Source: Okamejei kenojei
Taxonomy: Eukaryota
Length of the DNA stretch: 64,000 bases
Assembly: GCA_035221665.1 (NCBI GenBank)
Contig: CM069141.1
Location: forward strand, 47,492,001-47,556,000
Reading direction: 5' to 3'
Part shown: positions 40,326 through 51,796 of the stretch, piece by piece
How the letters are laid out: each line of letters begins with the position of its first letter
Numbering within the stretch: the stretch's first letter is position 1
Notes under the pieces: generated by a model
Seen by the model: only the letters and a program-made list of their open reading frames with translations
Told to the model about the DNA's origin: nothing
The model's database searches: none
Made by a program: the position numbers and the translations under genes

Positions 40326-40600
40326 GTGGGGGGGGGGGGGGGGGGGGGAGAGGAGGGGTGTTAGAGGGTAGGAAGAGGAGGAGAGGAGGGGAGGATATGA
40401 GGGGGGTGGGAGAGGAATGGAGAGGACGGGAGCGGAGAGGAGGGGGGAGAGGAGGGGGGAGAGGAGGGGGGAGAGGAGGGGGGAGAGGAGGGGGAGAGGA
40501 GGGGAGGGAGAGGAGGTGGTAGAGGAGGGGAAAGAGGAGGGGAGGGAGAAGCAGCGGGGAGCGGGAATCAACCAAAGGAGGGCGGAGGAGGGTGGGTGAC
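40326..40600 (+). repeat. G-rich polypurine tract including (GGAGAGGAGGGG)x5 minisatellite
   Basis: Direct reading; related tracts at about 41125-41500, 48420-48710, 57565-57760 and 58080-58330. Confidence 0.9.
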
Positions 40601-40860
40601 GACACTTGCAACGCGAGCAAGACGGCGCAGACTTCAACGTTTGTCAGATTTTTGAAGATTTTCATTAATAACTCGAGAAATAATGCATGACATTTCAAAG
40701 AAGGTATTTTTGGACTGCAGGTGAAAATCTTTACCGGAATATGTACAAATATTTCCGTTTACGTTAGCGCGTCATTTTGTTAATGAGAAGATGTGATTAT
40801 ACACAACAAACACACACAGGAAGAAACACACACACACATCCAAGATCAGACTTTTAATAT
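40600..40860 (-). mobile_element. Helitron-like non-autonomous element, 5' terminal block
   Basis: Block cagatttttgaagattttcattaataactcgagaaataa...gttagcgcgtc...agaagatgtga...(ca)n...caagatcag, repeated at about 41600, 48777 and 57300. Confidence 0.55.
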
Positions 40861-40863
40861 TTA

Positions 40864-40967
40864 CTAGACCAAGTGGGACCCGTTGGGTCCCGACTCCTCA
40901 ACGTGCGGTTGCGGGTGGGTGGGGGGGAAGGTGCATGCAGTCACACATACTAACCACCCCGCCCCAT

Positions 40968-41000
<33 letters not shown>

Positions 41001-41790
41001 CACACATTTAACACACACCCCCACACACCCCTTGATATTATATAAATATTATTAATTTGCTCCTTTACGACATCCCTGCTCTATCCATTTACACATAGCT
41101 CCCAACTCGCAGACGCGTGAGAGATGGGGAGGGGGAGAGTGAAAGAGAGAGGTGGGGAGCAGGAAAGAGGAGGGGGTAGAGTGGGGGAGGAGAGGGGAGG
41201 GGGTGGGGGGAGAGGGGGACTAGGGGGGACGGGGGATGCAGGTGGGGGAGAGAAGGGGGAGAAGAGATAGGGGGAAGGGGGAGGGGGGAGGGGAGGGGGG
41301 AAGTGGAGGAGGGGAGGGAGGGGGGAGAGGGGTAGGGTGCGGAGGAGATGCCGGGGGGAGGGTGGGCTGGAAGAGAGGCCAGGGGGGGGGGAGAGAGGCA
41401 GGGGGAAGAGCAGAGGAAGGAGGAGAGAGTGCCTGGGACAGGAGGGAAGTTGAGGGGTTGCATCTTTTGAATAAAGGGGGAAGGAGGGAGAGGTGGGGGA
41501 TGTCTCTTGCATGGAACGCACACAGGCATGCAGATGGATGGCATGCAGATCCATTGTGATGTCATCATCGAAAGAGTCAGGGTTTTTTCAAAGTTTTTTC
41601 AGATTTTTGAACATTTTCATTAATAACACGAGAAATAAAGCACAAAATGTTCAGATAAGGTGTTTTCAGACTCCACGGAAAAAATCTCTACCGAAATATG
41701 TAAATATTTTACCATTAGCGCGTCGTTAAGAGAAGATGTGAATACACACACACACATCCACATACAAGATCAATTATAAATCCACATACA
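40864..41790 (-). mobile_element. Helitron-like non-autonomous element with canonical 3' terminus
   Basis: Minus strand GGGACCC-aac-GGGTCCC hairpin (40875-40891), 7 nt, then CTAG followed by T. Internal (CA)n and G-rich tracts. The right boundary is approximate. Confidence 0.7.
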
Positions 41791-41799
41791 AGAATTATA

Positions 41800-42023
41800 A
41801 ATTCACACTTCAACAATGGTTTCACAATTCAGTAGTACTGATTTTAGTATTCCATACTGATATTTGAGAATACGAGTTTGCATGCAAAACATTGATTTTC
41901 AAAAATCTAGTTTCTGTATAGAACATTCTATTGCATTTATGTGAGAAATACAGATTTCCTCAACAAAATACTGATTTTTAGCCATCAAAATACAGAAATG
42001 CTCGGTAAAATTTGGCAGCTCTG
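41800..42023. mobile_element. hAT-like non-autonomous fragment (one terminus); copy at about 48960-49174
   Basis: Ends TGGCAGCTCTG (reverse complement CAGAGCTGCCA) with subterminal aatac[t/a]ga repeats. Confidence 0.45.
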
Positions 42024-42559
42024 CAATTACTCACAATTACATTGTGTTTTAGAATTCAAAATGTTATTTGTGATCTTGTTTATGAGTCATTATGGAACTA
42101 GAATTTGTTATAATAATATGACAGTAAAATAGGTTAGTCTGAAAGCGATCATAGTAATGTAAATGCACCATTTAGCTTGACTTCAATTTTCAAGATGGAA
42201 ATTGAAGTCGAACTAAATGTTGTATTCACATCACAATTCCATGTTGAAATTGATGTGATGTGAAGTTGTTAGGCCAGGAGGACCTTAAAGGTTCACTGCA
42301 CACAGTAACACAGTCTAACAGTAACAGGCAATTAAATCAACAAACAAAACATTTTCTAAAATAAGGTTTTCTTTACTGCAAAAACTCACAGTATTTTATT
42401 TGCAGTTTTTGCATGCTCCTTTACAACATTTTACATAGCATTTCACAACAGTACAACTTGATTATTAAAAAAAGGACAACTTCAATTCTTGATTTAAAAA
42501 AATGTGTACAACAATGATCCCAATCATCCCATTCCAGTCACTTATTACTCTTGACTCAA

Positions 42560-42801
42560 TCAAAATTAGTTCTGAAATATTGGTCATAAATTTGGTGAAA
42601 ATGCTCTAAAATAAGGCTCAGAATGCACCAGAGAGCATCTAAAACCCCATAGCTTCCAGGGACCTTAGATGGACCCTGGACCCCGGCTGCGAGGAACTTT
42701 GCGCTTCGTGCTCATGCTGTGCTCTGTGCGCACATTATTTAACATATGTTTTGTAATCATGTCATGCCACCCGCCTTTTTGAAAAGCTTCATATGGGCCT
42801 G
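42560..42801. mobile_element. hAT-like non-autonomous element right end; copy ends at 49958
   Basis: cagaatgcaccagagagcatctaaaacccc...cttc[a/g]ta[t/c]gggcctg terminus (reverse complement CAGGCCCGTACGAAG). Confidence 0.45.
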
Positions 42802-43202
42802 CATTCATAAACTATCTATTTGACATCTCAGTTTGCAGTAGTCTAAATTTGGTGACCTACATACATTAGTACATTTAGTCTATTCAGCAAAAGTAAACCG
42901 TGTCCATTCATAAACACCATTCAAGTAGATTGCACATAGTTCATGCCCCAATTCAATTCTCTGATATGCACCACTGGTTTCAGAGTGGGATCCATCTGAT
43001 CCAACATTCTATTCTCTGCTGCTTTTACACTCCATCTCTGCCCACGAGAATAAATTGATAACAACTCCATGCACTATTAATTCATAGCGACACGCAGCAG
43101 AGAAACCAGTCGTTCGCTCCACCATATCAGATTTGATGATCAACTACTTAACAATACCAATCCCATTTATGAATACTGGTCCGTAGCCTTCTATGCCTTA
43201 GC

Positions 43203-43460
43203 GATTCAAGTGCTTGACCAAATACTTTTCAAATATTATATGTGCGTACCTTCCTCCGGCCCATTCTCAGGCAGTCTTCCAAATTGGATGTTCCCTCTGG
43301 GTAAAACGGTAAATGAATGAAGTTCTATGTTTTGGTGATTCAAGTGCTTGACCATATACTTTTGATATATTATATGTGAGTACCTTCCTCCAGCCCATTC
43401 TCAGGCAGTCTTCCAAATTGGATCTGCCCTCTGGGTAATAAGGTAAATTTATGAAGTTGC
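43203..43460 (+). repeat. Tandem duplication of about 134 bp within an old CR1-like fragment; also at about 50363-50620
   Basis: gattcaagtgcttgacca...ctctgggtaa...atgaagtt starts at 43203 and 43337. Present in both units, so it predates the V5/V6 duplication. Confidence 0.85.
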
Positions 43461-44353
43461 ACTTTGAACTTCTTACTCTTCATTTTATACCTAAGCTCTT
43501 TGGCTTTCACCATCTATTGTGGAGAAAATCTGATTATCCCCCCCCTCCCCCCTATCAATGTATCATAATCAAACCTCGAATGGGTCACCTCACTGCTTCT
43601 TCCCTTCAATGGAAAATAAGACTAAGTCTACCTAAAATAAACATCTTGGTTAGCATGGAACGAGTTGGATCGGTTTCCTTGCTGTAGAGCTCGCTGGCTC
43701 GATGGGTTCGCATAATCCTCATAACTGCTACGTTCATTGGACAAGAAAGGTGCATTAGGTTTTCATTTCCTAACACCTTATCCTAATTATTACGTATGTT
43801 TCAGTTAAAGAAGTTGAGGCAGTCGTACAGTTTGCTAAATTCACCAGTACCTTAGACGAACATCTGACCGCTCAGAAACATGAACATGTTTCTATAAACC
43901 CAGTAAAAAGCAAAGCGCCAAACTATTCAGTAAAATTTAGTGGGTCTCAAAGATAAAGAACATGTTATTTCAGCACCATCAAATGTGAAGAACAACTTTC
44001 AACTGTTGTTTAGGCGATTGTGATCACTGTTTAAAGATTGCTATTTATTTCCCAATGCATTAGATGTAAACATATTCTTGGTTTGTTTGGATATTTCACG
44101 ACATTTTCAACATGTCTCTTGTAAAAATCGCATTAGGATTTAACTTCTACATTCCAATGGCCAATGAACTTTCTTCATATGTCCACGCAGCAGAATTAGG
44201 GTTTTTAATGTTTCAGATTCTCCCTTATATAAATGCGGGTACCATTATTACAATTTTTCCGATTAATTTTCTTTCGAACTATTTGGCTGATCTGGCAAAA
44301 ATATTTTGTGATTTTAACATTTTAACTGGAGTTTAGTTCATCCACATTCTCAG

Positions 44354-44395
44354 TGCAATTATAGGCTGAGACTCTTTGTGTCGCTGTCTACCAAT
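44354..44395 (+). promoter_or_regulatory. cPcdh promoter CSE / CTCF site of exon V5
   Basis: TGCAA-ttataggctga-GACTCTTTGTGTCGCTGTCTACCAAT; core starts 242 bp before the ATG. Confidence 0.92.
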
Positions 44396-44615
44396 AAGGA
44401 GGTGAAAACCAGCTAGTGATCCACTACCCATCCCCCAATATACGAGAAAGAAAGCAGAATAATGGCGGCGTGTGCACGAACGCAGCGGACCATCTCTTCA
44501 ACAGATCACACTTCTTCAACGTATTCAATACATTGAAGGAAATGTTTCGGATGTGATGCGGGATGCTATCAACAAGAACATTGCTAAGGTATTTGTGATC
44601 TACCCCACAGAAGTA

Positions 44616-47069
44616 ATGGCACAAAGAAGCAATTTCCGCGTGCATGGAAAGTCGGTGATATCATCCATCTTTCTGCTTTGTGTGTGGAATCTGGTTTCCG
44701 GGCAGATTCGCTACTCCATTCCAGAAGAACTGGAACAAGGTGCCTTCGTCGGAGCAGTAGGCAAAGATTTGGGTTTGAGCATAGCGGAGCTATCAAGCCG
44801 TAAATTCAGAATTAAATCAGCCGCATCAAAACAATACTTTGATGTAAATAATGTGAATGGAATTTTATTTGTAAATGCAAGAATCGACAGGGAACGGCTG
44901 TGTGGTCAGAGTGATAACTGTGTATTGTTCGTGGAAGCGGTGGTTGGAAACCCTGTGGAGCAGTACCGCGTGGAAGTTGAGATATTGGATATAAACGACA
45001 ATTCTCCGAATTTTCCGAAAAGCGAAATTCGTTTGGAAATTTCAGAAACCACGATGCCAGGAGCGCGTTTTCTGTTAGAAGGCGCTCACGATCTGGACGG
45101 GAGAAATAATTCTGTTCGTAATTACCAGCTCGCTGCTAATGATCATTTCACGTTAGACGTGCAGAATTTTGGTAAATTGAAGTTACCAGAACTGGTGCTG
45201 CAGAATATTCTCGATCGAGAAAAGCAACCCGTGTATAGTTTATTACTGACCGCTCTTGATGGCGGTACTCCAGAGAGGTCAGGTACGTCTCATGTAATTA
45301 TTCTTGTTTTGGACGTTAATGATAATACACCTGTTTTCGAGAAATCGGCGTATACTGTTAGCCTAAAGGAGAACGTATCACGAAATTCGTTGGTGATTAA
45401 GGTTAACGCGACTGACCTGGACGAGGGCACAAACGGCGAGATCGTTTATTCTTTCAGCAGTTACAATGAACAAACAATAACTGAAATGTTTACAATTAAC
45501 CACATGTCCGGGGAGATACGTACCAAAGGAATTTTGGATTTTGAAAAAAACAATATATATCAGATTTATGTACAAGCTAAGGACAAAAGTGTGCAATCGT
45601 TATCCACACTCTGCAATGTGCGGGTGGATATCATAGATGTGAATGACAACGCTCCTGAATTAACTCTGAATTCTGTTTCCGGTACAGTCAGTGAAAATGT
45701 TCCAAGTGGAACTTTGATCGCATTGATCAGTGTGACAGACAGGGATTCCAATCAAAATGGATACATCGACTGTTATATCTCACCCAATCTACACTTCAAT
45801 CTTAAATCTTCCTCCACAAATTCCTACAGACTAGTTACAAATGCAGCACTCGATCGAGAAAGCATCCCTCATCATAAGATTACAGTAACTTGCAAAGACC
45901 GTGGAATCCCCACGTTATCTACCAGCCGGACGATTGGGATAAATATCTCAGATATAAATGATAACGCGCCGCGCTTTACGCAGCCTTCCTACACGGCCTA
46001 TGTGGCGGAAAATAATGAACCTGGCAGCTACATTGGATCAGTAACAGCTTTGGATCTTGATATCGACCGAAATTCTCAGCTTTCTTACTCTATTTTGGAG
46101 AACCAGATACAATCAGTGTCTGTGTCTTTCTATCTCTGTATCAACTCAAATAATGGCAGCATCTACTCGAAAACTCCTTTCGATTATGAACAACTTAAAG
46201 GTTTTCAGTTTCGCGTTCGGGCTCAAGATGCCGGATTAACATCACTTTCTAGCGACGTTGCTGTGAAAGTGATTGTCTTGGATCAGAACGACAATCCACC
46301 CATGATAACATCAAATGCAATAAAAAGCAACAGCAGTCTGCCTGTGCCTTGCTCTGCAGACCCGGGATATATGGTAACAAAGGTCGTTGCTTCCGACGCA
46401 GACTCTGGTAAGAATGCACAACTGTCTTATCAACTCATGCAATCCAGTGACCCGGGTCTCTTTATAGTTTCATATAACTCAGGAGAGGTAAGAACTGCTC
46501 GGCGCTTTAAAGATAGCGACGCCACCACACAAAGGCTGATTATCCAAGTGAAAGATAACGGTTATCCCGCTCTCTCTGCAACCACCACCTTTACTTTGAC
46601 AATAGTTGAGGAACACACGGAGGGTTTGCTGGACTTCAATGAAGCGAGTGACGACTTAGAAGACACGCAGAAATTATCATTATATATAATAATTACACTA
46701 GGGGCAACCTCGTTTGTTCTTTTGGTAGTTATAATTGTACTTGTTGTCGTCATTTGCCCAATGGGCAGCCATTCTGCATCTGGGCATGCCTGCACTTTAG
46801 CAGATAGTTGCTGCAGAAGAGAATTGGAATATAGGCATTCGAATGTGAACTTGCAAATCGTGCCGGATTCTCACTTCCTTCCCAGTCTACTTGAGGTTCA
46901 TGGAAATGGATCCCTTTCAGAAACATACCGTTATAAAATTCGATCGGCGCCCGAACCACGGGATATATATTTCACTCCATTCAGTCCACAGATGCACGGG
47001 ACCATTGAAAAGTACGCTAAATATGCGCCAACGGACAGTACAAAGACAAGGAGCAGTTCGTCGAATGTG
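44616..47069 (+). CDS. Clustered protocadherin variable exon V5 (818 codons)
   Basis: MAQRSNFRV start (an upstream in-frame ATG exists at 44556). Intact EC1-6 and TM. Donor GTG/GTGAGT at 47069/47070. Confidence 0.95.
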
Positions 47070-48399
47070 GTGAGTGTTGTAGAGCACATATAACTGGTCA
47101 CTGGAATAATAAAAAAACTGCATGAAATTGTATGTACAAACTTACCTTCATGCAGGTCCAATTCCTCATGTATTTGTTTCATGTGTTAATAATTTGCCAT
47201 TTTAATCGGGTTTTTGGATTAAAATTAATCCACAATTTGTTAAAGTTTCATGATATTCATGAGAAGAATGAGATGAATCGTTGGGAGATGATCCCACCGG
47301 CCTTTTGTTTCTATCTTGTTTATGCATATGTTATAAGCCGATATTTTCAAAATTGATGCTGGAGCGGTTGCTGCTGCTTAATACAATAATTGATGACATA
47401 GGACTGAGGAAAGCCCAAAATATTTGCATTTTTGTCATACCTCGCATCAGAAATAATGGGAAAACAGGTAATGTGTCCACAAATTGCCTATACATTTTTA
47501 AACCATAGCACAATGTATTTCCGCAATGGTTGTCTTATTTCTTGTATTGTATTGTATTGTGCCATGGAAAATGAACCCTTTTATGGTTGAAGCGTTGAAA
47601 GTGACTTTAGACGTTGCCTTTCGCGTGGTCCAGCAAACAGAGAAAAGTAGTACATTGAGGATACCGATGGAAGCTATTTGCCTGAAGGAGGCAGTGTTCA
47701 CAAAATAATACACCCCAGCCTATTCTTCCTTACAGCACAAAGTCTGCAGCCTTGCGAACAGCGGCGCCTCAAGTGCACATCCAGCTAGGTTTTAAAGGTG
47801 ATGAGAGTTTCCTTCTTGTCCATTCTTTTAGACGCAGATTTTCAGATCCCTTATAGTGTTTGGATGGAAATCGTAATTTCTCCTTATCTTCACAGCATTT
47901 TCACGATATTTTGGAAAACTATCTCAAAAAGCCCGTTTTATGAAATGTCGTGTAAATGTCAGTGTTGTAATCGAACTGGTAGAGCTTGGATGGAATTGCA
48001 ACTGAGCAACATCAAAATTTTCCAAATATTCGATAATCAAATACGAGTAACATCCTCTCAGTAGCCAATAGTGAATCCTGTTCACAGTCTTATCTGCCTC
48101 TCTGTAAGATCATATTTCATTTATTTCATCTGGTTACGAGTATAGAGCCATCTTGCTCGACATTTATTCGTATGTCAAGCACTTATTCCAAGAATCAACT
48201 TGGAACCTCTCTCTGTAATCGTATCCTTCCTTAAATGTGGCACGTGATGCGTACCATCCTCTGCTGCTGGTCATCACTGTGTTGGACCATTGTACTGCCC
48301 TCTTGCAGCTGTACAGCCACTGTGTGACCCCGGAGTTGCGCTCGATGGCCGAGAGAGCAGAGGGCGGGAGTTTGTCTGCCCTAGAGGGAGAGCGAGAGG

Positions 48400-48960
48400 G
48401 TAGGCGCAAGAAAGAGGAGGGGGGAGGGAAGTGGGGGAGGAGAGGAGAGGGGGGAGACGGGGGGGGGGGCGCAGGGGGGGGGCAGGGGGGGGGGGAGATG
48501 GGGGAGAGAAGGGGGAGAGGGGGGAGGGGGAAGGGGAGGAGGGGAGAGAGTGTGGGGAGGGGAGGGGGTAGAAGGTTCGGGTGCGGAAGAGAGGCCGGGG
48601 GGAGGGTGGGATGGAAGAGGGGTGGGGGGGTGGTGATGGAAGAGAGGCCAGGGGGGGTTGAGGGGCTTCATCTTTTGAATAACGGGGAAGGAGGGAGAGG
48701 TGGGGGATGTCACTGGCTGGCATGCAGATCCATTGTGATGTCATCAGCGAAAGTCTGGGTTTTTTCCCAAAAAAATCAGATTTTTGAACATTTTCATTAA
48801 TAACCCGTTAAATTAAGCACAACATTTTCAGATAAGGTGATTTCGGACTCCACGGGAAAAATCTCTACGGGAATATGAAAACATTTTACCGTTAGCGCAT
48901 GTTAAGAGAAGATACACGCACACATCCACATACAAGATCAATCAAAATCAAGATTTATAA
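48400..48960 (-). mobile_element. Truncated copy of the Helitron-like element with G-rich tract
   Basis: Collinear with about 41130-41800; hairpin-CTAG end absent. Confidence 0.6.
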
Positions 48961-51533
48961 ATTCACATTTCACAATTCAGTAATACTGATTTTCGGTATT
49001 CCGTACTGATATTTGAGAATACATGAGGTTGCATGCAAAACATTGATTTTCAAAAATACAGTTTCTGTGTAGAACGTTACATTGCATTTATGTGAGAAAT
49101 ACTGATTTCCTCAACAAAATACTGATTTTCAACCATCAAAATACAGAAATGCTCGGTAAATTTTGGAAGCTCTGCAATTACTCGCAGTCACATTGTGCTT
49201 GAGAATTCAAAATGTGATTTGTGATCTTGTTTATGGGTCATCATGGAACTAGAATTGGTTATAATAGTATGACAGTAAAGTAGGTTAGTTTGAAAGCGAT
49301 CATAGTAATGTAAATGCACCATTTAGCATGGTTTCAATTTTCATGGTGGAAATTGAAGTCGAACTAAATGTTGTATTCACATCACTATTCCATGTTAAAA
49401 CTGATGTGATGTGAAGTTGTTTGGTCAGGAGGACCTTAAAAGTGTACTGCACACACAACCACAGTCTAACAGTTACAGGCAATGAAATCAATACACAAAA
49501 CATTTTCTAAAATAAGGTTTTATTTACTGCAAAAACTCACAGTATTTTATTTGCAATTTTTGCATGATTCTTTATAACATTTTACATAGCATTTTACAAA
49601 AGTGCAAATTGATTATTAAAACAAGGACAACTTCAATTCTTGATTTTACAAAATGAATACAACAATATACCATTCCAATCATCCCATTCCAGACACTTAT
49701 TACTCTTGACTCAACCAAAATTATTTCTGAAATATTGGTCATAAATTTGGTGCACAATGCTCCAAAATAAGACACAGAATGCACCAGAGAGCATCTAAAA
49801 CCCCAGAGCTACCAAGGATCTTAAGTGGACCTGGGCCCCGGCTACGAGTGACTTTGCGCTTCGTGTTCGTGATGTGCACTGTGCGCACATTATTTCACAT
49901 ACATTTTTTGTAATCCTGTCATGCCACCCCCTTTTTTGAAAAGCTTCGTACGGGCCTGCACTCATAATCTATCTATTTGACATCTCTGTTTGCAGTATTC
50001 TAAATTAGCTGACCTACATATATTAGTACATTTAGTCTATTCAGCAACAGTAAACCATGTCCATTCATAAACACAATTAAAGTAGATTGCACATAGTAAA
50101 GTAGATGCCCCCAGTGCAAATTTCTGACATGCACACCACTGGTTTCAGGGTGTGATCCATCTGATCCAACATTCTATTCTCTGCTGCTTTTACACTCCTT
50201 CTCTGCCCATGAGAATAAATCGATAACAACTCCATGCACTATAAATTCATAGTGACACGCAGCAGAGAAACCTTTGCTCCACCATGTCAGATTTGATGAT
50301 CAACTACATAACATTACCAATTCCATTTATGAATACTGGTCCGTAGCCATCTATGCCTTAGTGATTCAAGTGCTTGACCAATTACTTTTCAAATATTATA
50401 TTGCGTACCTTCCTCCAGCCCATTCTCAGGAAGTCTTCCAAATTGGATGTTCCCTCTGGGTAAAACGGTAAATTTATGAAGTTCTATGTTTTGGTGATTC
50501 AAGTGCTTGACCATAAACTTTCAAAATATTATATGTGAGTACCTTCCTCCAGCCCATTCTCAGGCAGTCTTCCAAATTGGATCTGCCCTCTGGGTAACAA
50601 GGTAAATGTATGAAGTTGCACTTTGAACTTCTTACTCTTCATTTTATATCTAAGCTCTTTGGCTTTCTCCATCTCTATTGTGGAGAAAATCTTATTATCC
50701 ACCCCCCCCCCCCCACCCCTCTATCAATGTATCATAATTAAACCTCGAATGGGTCACCTCACTACCTCTTCCCTTCCATGGAAAACAAAACTCAGTCTAC
50801 CTAAAATAAACATTTTGGTTAGCATGGAACTAGTTGGATCGGTTTCCTTGCTGTAGAGCTCTCTGGCTCTATGGGTTTGCATAATCCTCATAACTGCTAC
50901 GTTCACTGGACAAGAAAGGTGCATTAGGTTTTCATTTCCCAACACATTATCCTAAATATTACGTATGTTTCAGTTAAAGAAGTTGAGGCAGTCGTACAGT
51001 TTGCTAAATTCAGCAGTACATTAGACGAACCTCTGACCGCTCAGAAATATGAACATGTTTCTACAAACCCAGTAAAAAGCAAAGTATCAAACTATTCAGT
51101 AAAATTGAATGGGTCACAAAGATAAAGAACATGTTATTTCAGCACCATCAAATGTGAAGAACAACTTTGAACTCCTCTTTGGGCTATTGTGATAACTGTT
51201 TAAAAATTGCTATGTATTTCCCAATGCATTAGATGTAAACATATTCTTGGTTTGTTTGGATATTTCACGACATTTTCAACATGTCTCTTGTAAAAATCGC
51301 ATTAGGATTTAACTTCTACATTCCAATGGACAATGAACTTTCTTCTCATGTCCACGCGGCAGAATTAGGGTTTTTAATGTTTCAGATTATCCCTTACATA
51401 AATGCGGGTGTCATTCGAATACCAGTATTACAATTTTTCCGGTTAATTGTCTTTCGAACTATTTGACTGATCTCGCAAAAATATTTTGTGATTTTAACAT
51501 TTTAACTGGAGTTTAGTTCATCCACATTCTCAG

Positions 51534-51575
51534 TGCAATTATAGGCTGAGACTCTTTGTGTCGCTGTCTACCAAT
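51534..51575 (+). promoter_or_regulatory. cPcdh promoter CSE / CTCF site of exon V6
   Basis: Identical 42-mer to V5; core starts 243 bp before the ATG. Confidence 0.92.
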
Positions 51576-51796
51576 AAGGAGGTGAAAACCAGCTAGTGAT
51601 CCACTACCCATCCCCCAATATACGAGAAAGGAAGCAGAATAATGGCGGCGTGTGTACGAACGCAGCGAACCATCTCTTCAACCGATCACACTTCTTCAAC
51701 GTATTCAACACATTGAAGGAAATGGTTCGGATGTGGTGCGGGATGCTATCAACAAGAAACATTGCTAAGGTATTTGTGATCTACCCCACAGAAGTA

